Shown here: positions 1-9,367 of the stretch, piece after piece | Layout of the letters: the number at the start of each line of letters is the position of its first letter | How positions within the stretch are numbered: the first letter of the stretch is position 1 | Source: Nannocystis sp. | Lineage (GTDB): Bacteria; Myxococcota_A; Polyangia; Nannocystales; Nannocystaceae | Reading direction: 5' to 3' | Length of the DNA: 64,000 nucleotides | Assembly (NCBI RefSeq): GCF_016714285.1 | Contig: NZ_JADJNN010000008.1 | Location: forward strand, 4,669-68,668 | The notes under the pieces: generated by a model | Database searches by the model: none | What the model was told of the DNA's origin: nothing | What the model saw: the letters and a program-made list of their open reading frames with translations, nothing else | Translations under genes and position numbers: made by a program

Positions 1-1364
1 TCGCTGATGCCGGGGACCGGCTGGGCCAGAGATCGGTCGGCGAGGGTGCCGTCGCCGAGCTGACCGAGGCCGCCGGCGCCCCAGCACTGGACGGTGCCGG
101 CCGCGACGGCGCAGGAGAAGGCGTTGCCGCTGCTGAGGTCGGTGGCGTCGGTGAGGTTGCGGACGGTGCCGGCCTGGCCGTCGTCGCCGCCGCCGGGGAG
201 CAGGCCGGCCCCGAGCGCGCCGGCGTCGTTGCTGCCCCAGCACTGCACGCCGCCGGTGTGGGTGAGGGCGCAGGTGTGGCGGGCGCCGGCGGCGAGGCCG
301 ATCGCGTCGGGGAGGCCGCGCACGGGGGCGCCGGTGTTGCGGCTGTCGCGGGTGCCGTCGCCGAGCTGGCCGCGCTCGTTGTGACCCCAGCACAGCAGGT
401 TGCCCTTGCTGCGGGCGCAGGTGTGGCCGCCGCCGGCGCTGAGCTCGGCGACCTTGTCGACGCCAGCGACGGCGACGGGGGTCTTGCCGAAGCCGCTGCC
501 CCAGCACATCACGGTGCCGGCGCGGCGCAGGGCGCAGCTGTGGTCGCCGCCGGACACGAGGATCGTGGCGTCGGCGAGGCCGCTGACGGGGGCGGGCGCG
601 CTGTGCTTGCTGGCGCCGTCACCGAGCTGTCCCTCGGGACCTGTCCCGAAGCACAGGACCTTGCCGGCCCGGGTGCGGGCGCAGGTGTGCTGCGCGCCGG
701 GGGCGACCTCGATGATGTCCGTGAGGCCCGGTACCTGGGTCGGCGTGACCCAGGCGGTGCGGACCTCGTTGCCGAGCTGACCGCCGCGGTTGTCGCCCCA
801 GCAGACCACGCCGCCGCTGCGGCGCAGGGCGCAGGTGTGGTCGTCGCCGGCGCGCAGGTCGGTGGCGTCGTTGATACCGCGGACGACCACCGGCATGGCG
901 CTGCGCGAGCCGGGTCGACCCTGGCCGTCGCCGAGCTGGCCGTGGACGTTGCTGCCCCAGCACACGACCTGGCCGTCGCGGGTGCGGGCGCAGCTGTGGC
1001 TGGTGCCGAGGGCCAGCTGCACGGCGTCGGCGAGGCCGCGGACGCCGACGGGCTTGGGGCTGTCGCGGAGGTTGCCGTCGCCGAGCTCGCCGCTGCTGCC
1101 GCGGCCCCAGCAGTCGACGCTGCCGTTCTCGCTGCGGGCACAGGCATGATCGCCGCCGGCGGCGATCTCGACGGGGGGGCCGAAGGGGCTGACCTGGGTG
1201 CCCGTGCCGGGGCCGGGCTTGGTGGCGGTGCCGGTGCTGCCGGTCGGTTTGCTCGGGGTGGTGCCGGTCTTGGTCGGGGTGTGCGTGCCGTAGCCGCGGG
1301 GGCCCTCGTCGCAGGCGGCGAGCGCGAGCAGGGGGAGGGCGAGCAGGAGCTTACGGGCGGGCAT
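1..1364 (-). CDS. RCC1/BLIP-II-type repeat lipoprotein (partial; C-terminal part lies beyond window start)
   Basis: Minus-strand ATG at 1362-1364 followed by a lipoprotein signal peptide (MPARKLLLALPLLALAAC, lipobox LAAC). Then many ~50-aa repeats with the RCC1 signature (HSCAR..DG.V.CWG.N..GQLGDG). Frame stays open to position 1 and third codon positions are strongly G/C. Confidence 0.75.
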   Translation of the reverse strand, partial: MPARKLLLALPLLALAACDEGPRGYGTHTPTKTGTTPSKPTGSTGTATKPGPGTGTQVSPFGPPVEIAAGGDHACARSENGSVDCWGRGSSGELGDGNLRDSPKPVGVRGLADAVQLALGTSHSCARTRDGQVVCWGSNVHGQLGDGQGRPGSRSAMPVVVRGINDATDLRAGDDHTCALRRSGGVVCWGDNRGGQLGNEVRTAWVTPTQVPGLTDIIEVAPGAQHTCARTRAGKVLCFGTGPEGQLGDGASKHSAPAPVSGLADATILVSGGDHSCALRRAGTVMCWGSGFGKTPVAVAGVDKVAELSAGGGHTCARSKGNLLCWGHNERGQLGDGTRDSRNTGAPVRGLPDAIGLAAGARHTCALTHTGGVQCWGSNDAGALGAGLLPGGGDDGQAGTVRNLTDATDLSSGNAFSCAVAAGTVQCWGAGGLGQLGDGTLADRSLAQPVPGIS

Positions 1365-1870
1365 CGAGCAGCAGTATGTGGGTGGCGCGCATTGGACTGC
1401 AATGCTCGTGCTGGGCTCGGGCTGGGCTCGTGCTGGGCTCGGGTGGGCGACGCGGGGCGAGGCTGCCTGGGCCGGGGAGGGGGCCGACGGACTGTGGGGC
1501 CCTGCGACGCGGGTCCTCCCGGGGCACGTGCTCGCCGCCCATCTGTCCCGATGGACAGGTTGATTTCACCGACCCTGGGGTCGCGGGGACGGGCGGCCGA
1601 GGGGCGTCTGCGCGCGAGCCCCGGGTCCTCCCGCTGCGCCCTCGCCGTCGGCCCCTTGTCCCCGGGCGGACAGCGTCGGCGCCCCGCTCGGTGCGGGCGT
1701 GGTGTGGCACGCGCGAGTGCTTGTCGGTCGTGGGGCCCCCGCTCACCGGCCCAGGCAGCCTCGCCCCGCGTGCTCGGTCGGCGAGGATCGGGAGCGGCAG
1801 TTGGGGCGGGGGCCTTAAAAGGTCGCGGCCCGAAGCGGGAAGCTTCAGGCCGGTCGACGATCTGCTTGCT

Positions 1871-1945
<75 letters not shown>

Positions 1946-2041
1946 AGGAGGAGGGTGTTTATAGGAGCCCCGGGCGCTTGTCAAAGGCTTTTCGCTGCCA
2001 TCTGGCTGCGGGTGCGATGGGGCGTTAGGCTGCACGCCGCG

Positions 2042-5000
2042 ATGAAGCCGTCGGACGCAGATCTCGGCGATACGACGGGTGTGCCCGAGTCGCCGGGCGT
2101 GAAGGCCACGCGATCGTCGGGGCCGCCGCTGCACACCTCGGGCGCGTCGATCGATCCGCTGGCGATGACCGGCACGAGCTCGGGTCAGGCGACGGCGCGG
2201 GTGGGTCGGCCGGGCTTCGACGTCGACGCCGAGCTGGCGCGCGCGCAGCTCGAGACGCGGCTCTACGGGGCCGGGCGCGGCGAGGGCGGGCCGCGGATCG
2301 GGAAGTATCAGATCCTCGATCACCTCGGGCGCGGCGGGATGGGCTCGGTGTACACGGTCTACAACCCGGACCTCGATCGCAAGAGCGTGATCAAGCTGGT
2401 CCGGCCCGATCGATCGAGCCCGGACAGCCGGCGGCGGCTGCTGCGGGAGGCCCGACTGACGGCGACGCTGTCGCATCCGAACGTGGTCCAGATCCACGAC
2501 TCGGGCGAGTACCTCGACGAGATCTACGTGGTGATGGAGTTCATCGCCGGGGTCGACCTCGACGCGTGGCGGCGGCAAGGGCCGCACGCGTGGCCGGAGG
2601 TGCTGGCGGTGTATCGCCAGGCGGGGCTCGGGCTGGCGGCCGCGCACGCGCAGGGGGTCGTGCACCGCGACTTCACGCCGCGCAACGCGATGCTCGGCGA
2701 GGATGGGCGGGTGCGGGTCCTCGACTTCGGGCTGGCGCACGCGCGGCGCGATGCGGGCGAGGTGATCGACGGTGCGCCGGGGTCTGGCGGACCACGGCCC
2801 GCTGCGGTGGCGGTGAGCGACGCGATGTCGGAGCCGGGGTCGGGGGACAGCTTGACGGCGACGGGGGCGATCGTCGGCACGCCGCGCTACATGTCGCCCG
2901 AGCAGTTGCGGAGCGTGCCGACCGACGGGCGCAGCGATCAGTTCAGCTTCTGCGTCGCGCTGTGGGAGGCGCTGCTCGGGCACCTGCCGTTCATGGGCGC
3001 CGATCTGTTCGAGTACAACGAGGCGGCGCTGGCCGGGGACATCCGGCCGCCGGAGGATCTGCGGGGGGTGCCGCGGCGGGTGTTGAAGGCGCTGCGGCGC
3101 GGGCTGGCGCCGCGGGCGGACGATCGCTTCGCGGACATGCACGCGCTGCTGGCGGAGCTCGACGTGCGGCCGCTGCGGCCGTGGATCGGGCTCGCGGGGG
3201 TGGCGGGGGCGCTGGCGCTGGTCGGGCTGTGGTTCCTCGCCCTGCCGGCGACGCCAGTGTCGCCGCGCGAGCAGTGTGCGAGCGAGTTGGCGGACGAGCT
3301 GCCGGTGACGTGGTCGGCGCTGCCCGGGCCGATCGCGGGGCGACTGGGGGAGTTCGCGGACCGCTGGCGGGCGGCGCGGGTCGAGCTGTGCGCGGCGGGT
3401 GTGGCGGGCGGGCTGCCGGCGCCGGCGCTGCGGCGCGGGCTGCGTTGCCTGGCGCAGCAGCGGGCGGTGTTCGACCTGGTGGTCGATCGGGTGACGGCTG
3501 GCGATGCGCTCGAGCTCGACCTCGGGGCGCTGCCGGACAGCGATCGGGTGGCGGCGTGCACCGATCCGCTGCGCCTCGCCGACGGGGCCGCGCCGCCGTC
3601 GCCCGCGGCGCGCGAGGCGGTGAGCCGGGTCGAGGCGGACCTGGCCCGCGCCGAGACGGCGCTGATCCTCGGGCGCTACGCCGAGAGTGAGGCGATCGCC
3701 GCGAGCGCGGTGCGGCGGGTCCGGGAGATCGGTCATGCGCCGACGCTGGCGGCGGCGCTGTACCAGCTGGCCCGCGCCGAGACCTACGGGCCGAACGCGG
3801 ACGCGGCCGAGGCGACGTTGCGCGAGGCGGCGGGGCTGGCCGAGCGGCACGACCTGCACGACCTCGCGGCGGACATTTATCTGCGCCTGGTGCGGGTGGC
3901 GATGGCCCACGGGCAGCGCAGCGCCGACGGCAGCGTGGTTCGCGGTCCTCGGCTACAAGCTGGCGCGGCTCGACGAGCGTCGCGGTCGGCGCTGGGCGGA
4001 GGGGCTCGAGTACCTCGGGGCGATCGCCCTCGACGCGCGTGAGCTGGCGACCGCCGAGAGTCTGTTCGAGCGGGGCGCGGCGGCCGAGGAGGGGGCCGGG
4101 CCGCTGCGTCGCGGCCTGGTCGAGCTGCGGCTCGGGCGGGTGCAGCGGCTGCGTGGCGATGCGGCGGGGGCGGCCGGGCGCTTCGCGCGGGGGCTCGCGC
4201 TGGCGGAGGAGGAGCTCGGGCCGGAGCACCCGCAGCTGGTGCAGTTCCTGGTCAACCTCGGCGAGGTGCAGCTCGAGCTGCGCGAGCTGGAGGCGGCGGA
4301 GGCGACGATCGGGCGCGGGCTGGCGATCTCTACGGGCGGGGCGGGCGGGGCGGGGCGCGGCGTGTACCGGCCGCAGCTGCTGCTCGCGGCGGCGCAGGTC
4401 GCCGAGCTGCGGGGCGACATGGCGGGCGCGGGGGCGCTGGCGCGGCAGGCCCGGGCCTTGCTGCGCGACCGGGCCCTGCCGGCCGATGTCCGCAGCTACC
4501 GCGGGGCGGTGCTCGACCTGGTGGCCCGGGCCGCGTTCGCGGCGGGCGACGCGACGGCGGCGCTGGACGCCTACAGCGAGCTGCTCGCGGTGCCGGAGGG
4601 GCACCTGTCCCGAGAGGCAGCTCGCTTGCTGATCGCGTACCGCAACGCGGCCGGGCTGGCGGTGACGCGCGAGCAGCCGGCGCTGGCGCTGCGCTTCGTG
4701 GCCGCGGCGGTGCCCCTGCTGGGCGAGCCGGGGCTGGCGGAGGCGGCCGGCGAGGCGCTGCGGGTCGATCTGGCGGCCCGCGAGGGGGAGGCCTTGCTGG
4801 CCCTGGGGCGGCCGGCGGCGGCGGTCCTGGTCGCCGAGCGCGCGCTCGAGCGCTGGGACCCGCAGGGCCGGCGGGAGGACGCCTCCACCGCCGACCTGCA
4901 CCTGCTGTGCTTCGAGGCGCTGAAGCAGCGGGCGCCGACGCAGGCGCTGCCGCACGCGCGGGCGGCCCTGCGATACTTCGCGAACGAGGCGTCGCTGCGC

Positions 5001-5057
5001 GAGATCACGGAGATCCTCGAGACATGGTTGCGCCGCTACCCGGGACCCTCGCGCTGA
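2042..5057 (+). CDS. Ser/Thr protein kinase fused to a C-terminal TPR-like repeat domain; reading frame shifts near 3925-3945 (frameshift or sequencing error)
   Basis: ATG at 2042; Hanks kinase motifs (GRGGMGSVY, VIK, HRDFTPRN, DFG, GTPRYMSPE) in frame 2 up to ~3930. From ~3930 the coding signal continues in frame 0 (AAWFAVLGYKLARLDERRGRRWAEGLEYLG... TPR-like helices) to the stop at 5057. Frame 2 after 3930 is Arg/Ala-rich junk ending at 4042. The ORF track therefore shows two pieces (1376..4042 and 3687..5057). Confidence 0.75.
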
Positions 5058-5082
5058 GCGAGGCCACCAGAAGGACCGAGAC

Positions 5083-5403
5083 ATGCCAGACCTGCTCACT
5101 GCATCCACGAATAGCTGCGATGACCCGAAGACCCCGCTGGTCGAGCTGTGTAGCGCGATCCGGCGGCCGAGGCCGTTGACGGGGAGCGTCGGCGGCGGCG
5201 GCGGCTCGGGTGGCAGCGGCCACATGCCGAACCCCGAGGAGCTGGTGGCCAAGGCGCTCGAGCACGTGTGGGACGCGCTGTCGGATCAGATCCAGACCCT
5301 GCGGGCCGAGAACCGCAGCTTGCAGGAGAAGATGGACGCGATGCAGCACAGCTTCGGCAGCGAGCTGGCGGCGGCGCGCAAGGTCGCCGAGCGCCAGCGC
5401 TGA
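5083..5403 (+). CDS. hypothetical small protein with a Gly-rich linker and a C-terminal coiled-coil (possible alternative start at ATG 5227)
   Basis: ORF 26 bp downstream of the kinase/TPR gene on the same strand, high GC3. C-terminal half (PNPEELVAKALEHVWDALSDQIQTLRAENRSLQEKMDAMQH...) is protein-like. Confidence 0.45.
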   Translation: MPDLLTASTNSCDDPKTPLVELCSAIRRPRPLTGSVGGGGGSGGSGHMPNPEELVAKALEHVWDALSDQIQTLRAENRSLQEKMDAMQHSFGSELAAARKVAERQR

Positions 5404-5490
5404 GCGTGACGGGTCGCCGCGGCGGCGCGACGCGAGGCCCTGGGATGAGGGGGCCGGCGTGCGCCGCCGCGGGATGTTGGCCTCGCTGGT

Positions 5491-5949
5491 TCACGCGGCG
5501 GCGCGGCGCGGGCGGGCGATCCGGAGATCGGGGCGCCCGCGCTCGAGCATGAAGCGCCACAGCGGCTTGTCGCTCTTGGCCCGGTTGCACGGGCCGCAGC
5601 TGGGCACCAGGTTGTCCGGGTGGTTGCTGCCGCCGCGCGAGCGCGGGACCACGTGGTCCCGCGTCACCTCGCGCTTGCACAGGCGCGCGCCGCAGTAGGT
5701 GCAGAGCGTGCGCACGTGCCAGAGGTAGTGGCGGAACTCGCTGGTGAAGCAGACATCGAGGCGGTCGTGGATAACGTCGGCGACGGAGGTCTTCTTGTAG
5801 CGTGCGGTCTCCCGGAGCCGGCCCAGACGCCCGTCGCCCTTGCCCTGGCGCAGGCCCATCTTGCGCAGATGGCGTGCCAGGTAGAACTCGGGGCCGCGCT
5901 CCGGGCGGGGCGTGAGGGTGTCGTATTCGTGTTTCAGCTTGACGTACAT
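5491..5949 (-). CDS. HNH endonuclease (small stand-alone HNH nuclease)
   Basis: 152-aa ORF with HNH motif C-YCG....-DH.VPRSRGG...DNLVPSC..CNRAKSDK. GGAGG Shine-Dalgarno sequence upstream of ATG 5949. 40 bp downstream of the AbrB-like gene on the same strand. Confidence 0.85.
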   Translation of the reverse strand: MYVKLKHEYDTLTPRPERGPEFYLARHLRKMGLRQGKGDGRLGRLRETARYKKTSVADVIHDRLDVCFTSEFRHYLWHVRTLCTYCGARLCKREVTRDHVVPRSRGGSNHPDNLVPSCGPCNRAKSDKPLWRFMLERGRPDLRIARPRRAAA

Positions 5950-5989
5950 GACGGCGCCTCCTTTCGGCTTGGAACGGGTGGTCGGTGGA

Positions 5990-6196
5990 TCAATCGCGGT
6001 AGGTCAGGGTGCTCCACTGCGGGACGGCGACCGGGCCGCCGCGGCGCAGCTCGACCTGGGCCTCGACCTCCATGTCGCCGCCGGCCAGGCGCACGCGGTC
6101 GCCGGTGCGGATGCACAGCTCGCGCAGGCGGGCCGGGGAGAGGGGGATGCAGTGGTCCTCGGTGCGGACCGTGATATCGGCGTGGATCGTGCGCAT
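5990..6196 (-). CDS. small AbrB/MazE/SpoVT-like (swapped-hairpin) protein, putative regulator/antitoxin or immunity partner of the HNH nuclease
   Basis: 68-aa ORF (MRTIHADITVRTEDHCIPLSPARLRELCIRTGDRVRLAGG...). Perfect AAGGAGG Shine-Dalgarno sequence 6 nt upstream of ATG 6194-6196. The pattern vR..D...IPl....LRelgI..GD.V.l resembles AbrB/MazE N-domains; this is pattern-based, not searched. Confidence 0.6.
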   Translation of the reverse strand: MRTIHADITVRTEDHCIPLSPARLRELCIRTGDRVRLAGGDMEVEAQVELRRGGPVAVPQWSTLTYRD

Positions 6197-6441
6197 GACG
6201 GCCTCCTTCTCGGCGGAGCGATGGATGAATGGACAGAGATAAAGCGCGCAGAGGGAGTTGAACCCTCGCTTCCTCCGTGGCAGGGAGGCGTGCGGCCACC
6301 AGCACCTTGCACGCAGATCGATGGATCGACGGGTGTGGCCGCGACGGGCCAATGCCGCGGCGAATCAGCGCCCACGGATATGTGGGTACTTGCGGAGCTG
6401 CGACGGCGGGCCGCGGTCCGACGGAGGGCCGATCGAGCGGG

Positions 6442-6490
6442 TGTCCCGATGTCGGGGTGCCCCGATGTCGGGGTGCCCCGATGTCGGGGG
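6442..6490. repeat. three tandem 16-bp direct repeats TGYCCCGATGTCGGGG, each an imperfect dyad (CCCGA-TG-TCGGG); candidate operator upstream of the AbrB-like/HNH operon
   Basis: Read directly in sequence 6442-6490. Followed by a 7-bp-arm palindrome GCTCGCT-C-AGCGAGC at ~6497-6511. Confidence 0.8.
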
Positions 6491-6516
6491 GCGCTCGCTC
6501 GCTCAGCGAGCGGGGC

Positions 6517-6699
6517 TCATTCGCTGCGGAGGTCGGGGCTGGCCTGCAGGTGATAACCTGTGTGGCCTGGCGCCGTACCTGCGAACCAGCGACCTCGTCC
6601 CGACTCGCTCGCATCGTTCGCGGCGAACAGGCCCTTCGCCTGCACTGGGGCGGCGATCGGGAGCTGGGCGCGAAGCGGCATGTCGTGGACGGAAAGCAT
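6517..6699 (-). CDS. hypothetical small ORF (60 aa) in intergenic region
   Basis: ATG 6699 preceded by AGAGGTG 5 nt upstream; mixed codon bias. Lies below a lower-GC putative promoter stretch (6700-6850) and is followed by a palindrome just after its stop. Could equally be noncoding. Confidence 0.3.
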   Translation of the reverse strand: MLSVHDMPLRAQLPIAAPVQAKGLFAANDASESGRGRWFAGTAPGHTGYHLQASPDLRSE

Positions 6700-6853
6700 G
6701 GTTCACCTCTTTTACAGGCGGGCAGTGTTCCCGAACGCCGCGCCGCTGTCAAGCACCTGAACGCGACGATTGTACGAATGCGGTGATAATTTTGTGGCCG
6801 GTCCGCGGGGCCTGCTTATATGCGCACTTTCGTTCTGATGGGTTTGTTCCGGA

Positions 6854-9199
6854 TCAGGGCGGCGCGATGCGGGCGCGGAGGATGTGGTCGCCGAGGGCGA
6901 GGGCGTCCAGGCGATCGGGATGACCGTGCTGGTCTGGGCGCAGGCGGCCGATCCAGGTGTAGCGGCCCTCGAGGTGCGGGGCGCGGGCGTGCATGAAGAA
7001 GAACTGGCTGCCGCCGGTGTCCTTGCCGGCGTCGGCGATGCCGACCGCGCCGCGATCGAAGGCGTGGTCGCCGGGCTCGCTCGGGAGCACGAAGCCGGGG
7101 CCGCCCCAGCCGTTGCCGTCGGGGTCGCCGCCCTGAAGCACGAAGCCCGGGACGTCGCGGTGGAAGCGGAGGCCGTCGTAGTAGCCGCGGCGGGTGAGGG
7201 CGACGATCTCGGCGACGGCCCAGGGCGCGGCGGTGGGGTCGAGGTCGATCTCGAGGTCGCCGACCTCGGTGCTGAGGATCCAGCGGATCGGGGCGCCGGG
7301 CAGGCTGCGCGGGTCGAGCGGCGGCGGGGGCAGTGCTGCGGCGGTGGCGATCGAGGCGGCGTTGCCCGGGCCCGGGTCGGGGGCGGTGGCGATCGCGGCG
7401 GGGCCCTGGCCCTGGCCCTGGCCGCGGAGCTGCTGCACGCAGGCGCGGGCGGCCTTGCGGACGGCGGGGCTGGCGTGGGCGCGGCTGGCCTCGCAGACGG
7501 GGAGACCGGCGGCGACACCGGTGGCCGCGAGGGTGGCGAGGAGGGTGCTGTGCAGCTCGGGCTCGCGGGCGGCGTGGGCGGTGGCGAGGGCGGCGAGGCG
7601 CTGCCACAGCGGATCGCTGGCGGCGAGAAGCGATGGCTTGGCGTGGGTCGGTGGCTTGTCGTGCGGTGCGGCGATCACATCGGCGGCCGATCCGACGACG
7701 CCGAGGACCGGGTCGGCGAGGGCGCGCAGCAGCCAGGCGTGGACGATCGTGGTGGTCGCGGGGTCGTGCCACAGCGGGCCGAGAGCGGCGACGGCGGCGA
7801 GGCGCAGCTGTGGATCGGTGGCGGTGAGGAGCGCGTCGAGCCGGGCGGCGCGCGCGGGCCAGGGGCCGCCGAAGCCGTGGATCAGCGGGCCGAGCTCGTG
7901 GGCCTCGCGCTCGCCGGGGCGCAGCAGCGGGCTCTGGCAGACGAGCGGCGGGCGCCAGCGCGGGTCGTGGGCGAGGCGCGCGGCGAGCTGGCAGTCGATG
8001 CGGGCGAGCAGGCGACGACGAGCTTCGCGGCGGGCGTCGTCGAGGTTGGCTGCGTTGGTGGGTGGGTTCGTGGGCGAGTTGTTGTTGGTCGCGGTGGGTG
8101 GGCTCGTTGGTGTGTTGTTGTTGGTCGTGGCGGGTGGGTTGATCGGCGAGTTGTTGGTGGTCGTGGTGGTGTTGCGATCGATCGCGGTGCGCAGCTGCTC
8201 GAGGGCGTGGCGCTCGCGGATCGAGGGGGCGGTGGTCTCGCTGGCGAGGCACGCGAGGGCGGCGTGGAGCTGGCGGGCGTGGGCGAGGCGCTGGGGCTCG
8301 TCCTGCGTGCGGTCGGCGATGCTGCTGCGGGCCCAGGCGAGGACGGCGAGGACGGCGGTCTGGCGATCGGGGGCGATGAGGGCGGCGAGGCGGCGCGGGT
8401 CGCTGGCGGCGGCGGGCAGCTCGCGGGTGAGGCAGGCTTGCAGCGGCGGTGTGGCGCTGCGGCGGACCAGGCCGGCGAGGGCGAGGCGCTGGAGCTCGCG
8501 GTCGCTGCTGCGGGTGTGGTCCCGCAGGAGGGCGAGGATCGACGGATCGGGGGGCGGCGTGTGCTCGTTGGCGAGGGCGTAGAGGGCGGCGTAGGTGAGC
8601 GCGGGGTCGCTGGCCAGGGCGAGGAGGTTGGCGCGGGTCGGGGCGTCGAGCGGGTGCTTGCGGCGACCGAGCACGCCGAGGGCGATCGCGGCGGTGCTGC
8701 GCAGGGCCGGGCTCGCGGTCGGGGCGAGGGCGTCGCGCAGGACGGGCAGAGATGCGGGGCCTCCGAGGCGGCCGAGAGCCTCGGCGATGGCGCGGCGCTC
8801 GTCGGCGTCGGCGCGCGGCCAGGCGGTGAGGAGGGCGGCGTCGAGGTCGGTGAGCTCGGTGTCGAGGAGGGCGGCGATGCCGAGCGCACGCGCGGCGTGC
8901 TCGCGTCGGCGAGGATCGTCGCCGCGGAGCAGGGTGAGCAGGGCGGCGATCGCCGGCGGGTCGCCGACGCGTGCGAGGGCGAGGATAACCGGGCCGGGAT
9001 CGGGGTCGCCGAGGCGAGCGATGAGGGGGGCGCTGTCGCGGAGCAGCTCGAGCTCGAAGAGGGGGGTCGCGGGGATCGTTGTCGTGGTTGGGGCGGGGCC
9101 GGGGGGCGCGGCGGGGACCTGCGGGGGCGCAGCGGGGACCTGCGGGGGCGCGCAGGCGAGCAGGCAGCTCAGGGTCGTGAGGGCGAGGGCCGGGCGCAT
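6854..9199 (-). CDS. HEAT/PBS-lyase repeat lipoprotein with C-terminal cyclophilin-type peptidyl-prolyl isomerase domain
   Basis: 781-aa ORF. Lipobox LSCLLAC at the N-terminus. Repeated ALG..GD..A...L helical repeats. C-terminal cyclophilin motifs (GYYDGLRFHRDVPGFVLQGGDP...GGSQFFF). Internal Asn/Thr/Pro-rich tandem repeat encoded by ~42-bp repeats at ~8040-8180. Confidence 0.85.
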   Translation of the reverse strand: MRPALALTTLSCLLACAPPQVPAAPPQVPAAPPGPAPTTTTIPATPLFELELLRDSAPLIARLGDPDPGPVILALARVGDPPAIAALLTLLRGDDPRRREHAARALGIAALLDTELTDLDAALLTAWPRADADERRAIAEALGRLGGPASLPVLRDALAPTASPALRSTAAIALGVLGRRKHPLDAPTRANLLALASDPALTYAALYALANEHTPPPDPSILALLRDHTRSSDRELQRLALAGLVRRSATPPLQACLTRELPAAASDPRRLAALIAPDRQTAVLAVLAWARSSIADRTQDEPQRLAHARQLHAALACLASETTAPSIRERHALEQLRTAIDRNTTTTTNNSPINPPATTNNNTPTSPPTATNNNSPTNPPTNAANLDDARREARRRLLARIDCQLAARLAHDPRWRPPLVCQSPLLRPGEREAHELGPLIHGFGGPWPARAARLDALLTATDPQLRLAAVAALGPLWHDPATTTIVHAWLLRALADPVLGVVGSAADVIAAPHDKPPTHAKPSLLAASDPLWQRLAALATAHAAREPELHSTLLATLAATGVAAGLPVCEASRAHASPAVRKAARACVQQLRGQGQGQGPAAIATAPDPGPGNAASIATAAALPPPPLDPRSLPGAPIRWILSTEVGDLEIDLDPTAAPWAVAEIVALTRRGYYDGLRFHRDVPGFVLQGGDPDGNGWGGPGFVLPSEPGDHAFDRGAVGIADAGKDTGGSQFFFMHARAPHLEGRYTWIGRLRPDQHGHPDRLDALALGDHILRARIAPP

Positions 9200-9367
9200 C
9201 GTCGGCGAGTGTACAGAACAATGTTGCGAGGGACTGCGGGCGAGCGAGAGAACAATGTTGCGAGCGGGATGGGTTGCGCGGGGTCGCGGCGGGCGTGCCT
9301 GCTAGCGCGGTGCGGGGTGCCTGATAGCGCGGTGGCGGCGGCGGGGCGCGCCTGATAGCGTGGGGGC

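Noticed and set aside
6258-6923. 221-aa plus-strand ORF spanning the HNH-operon upstream region.
   Set aside because: Arg-rich translation crossing tandem repeats and the low-GC promoter-like stretch. No codon-bias support. Overlaps the end of the HEAT/PPIase gene.
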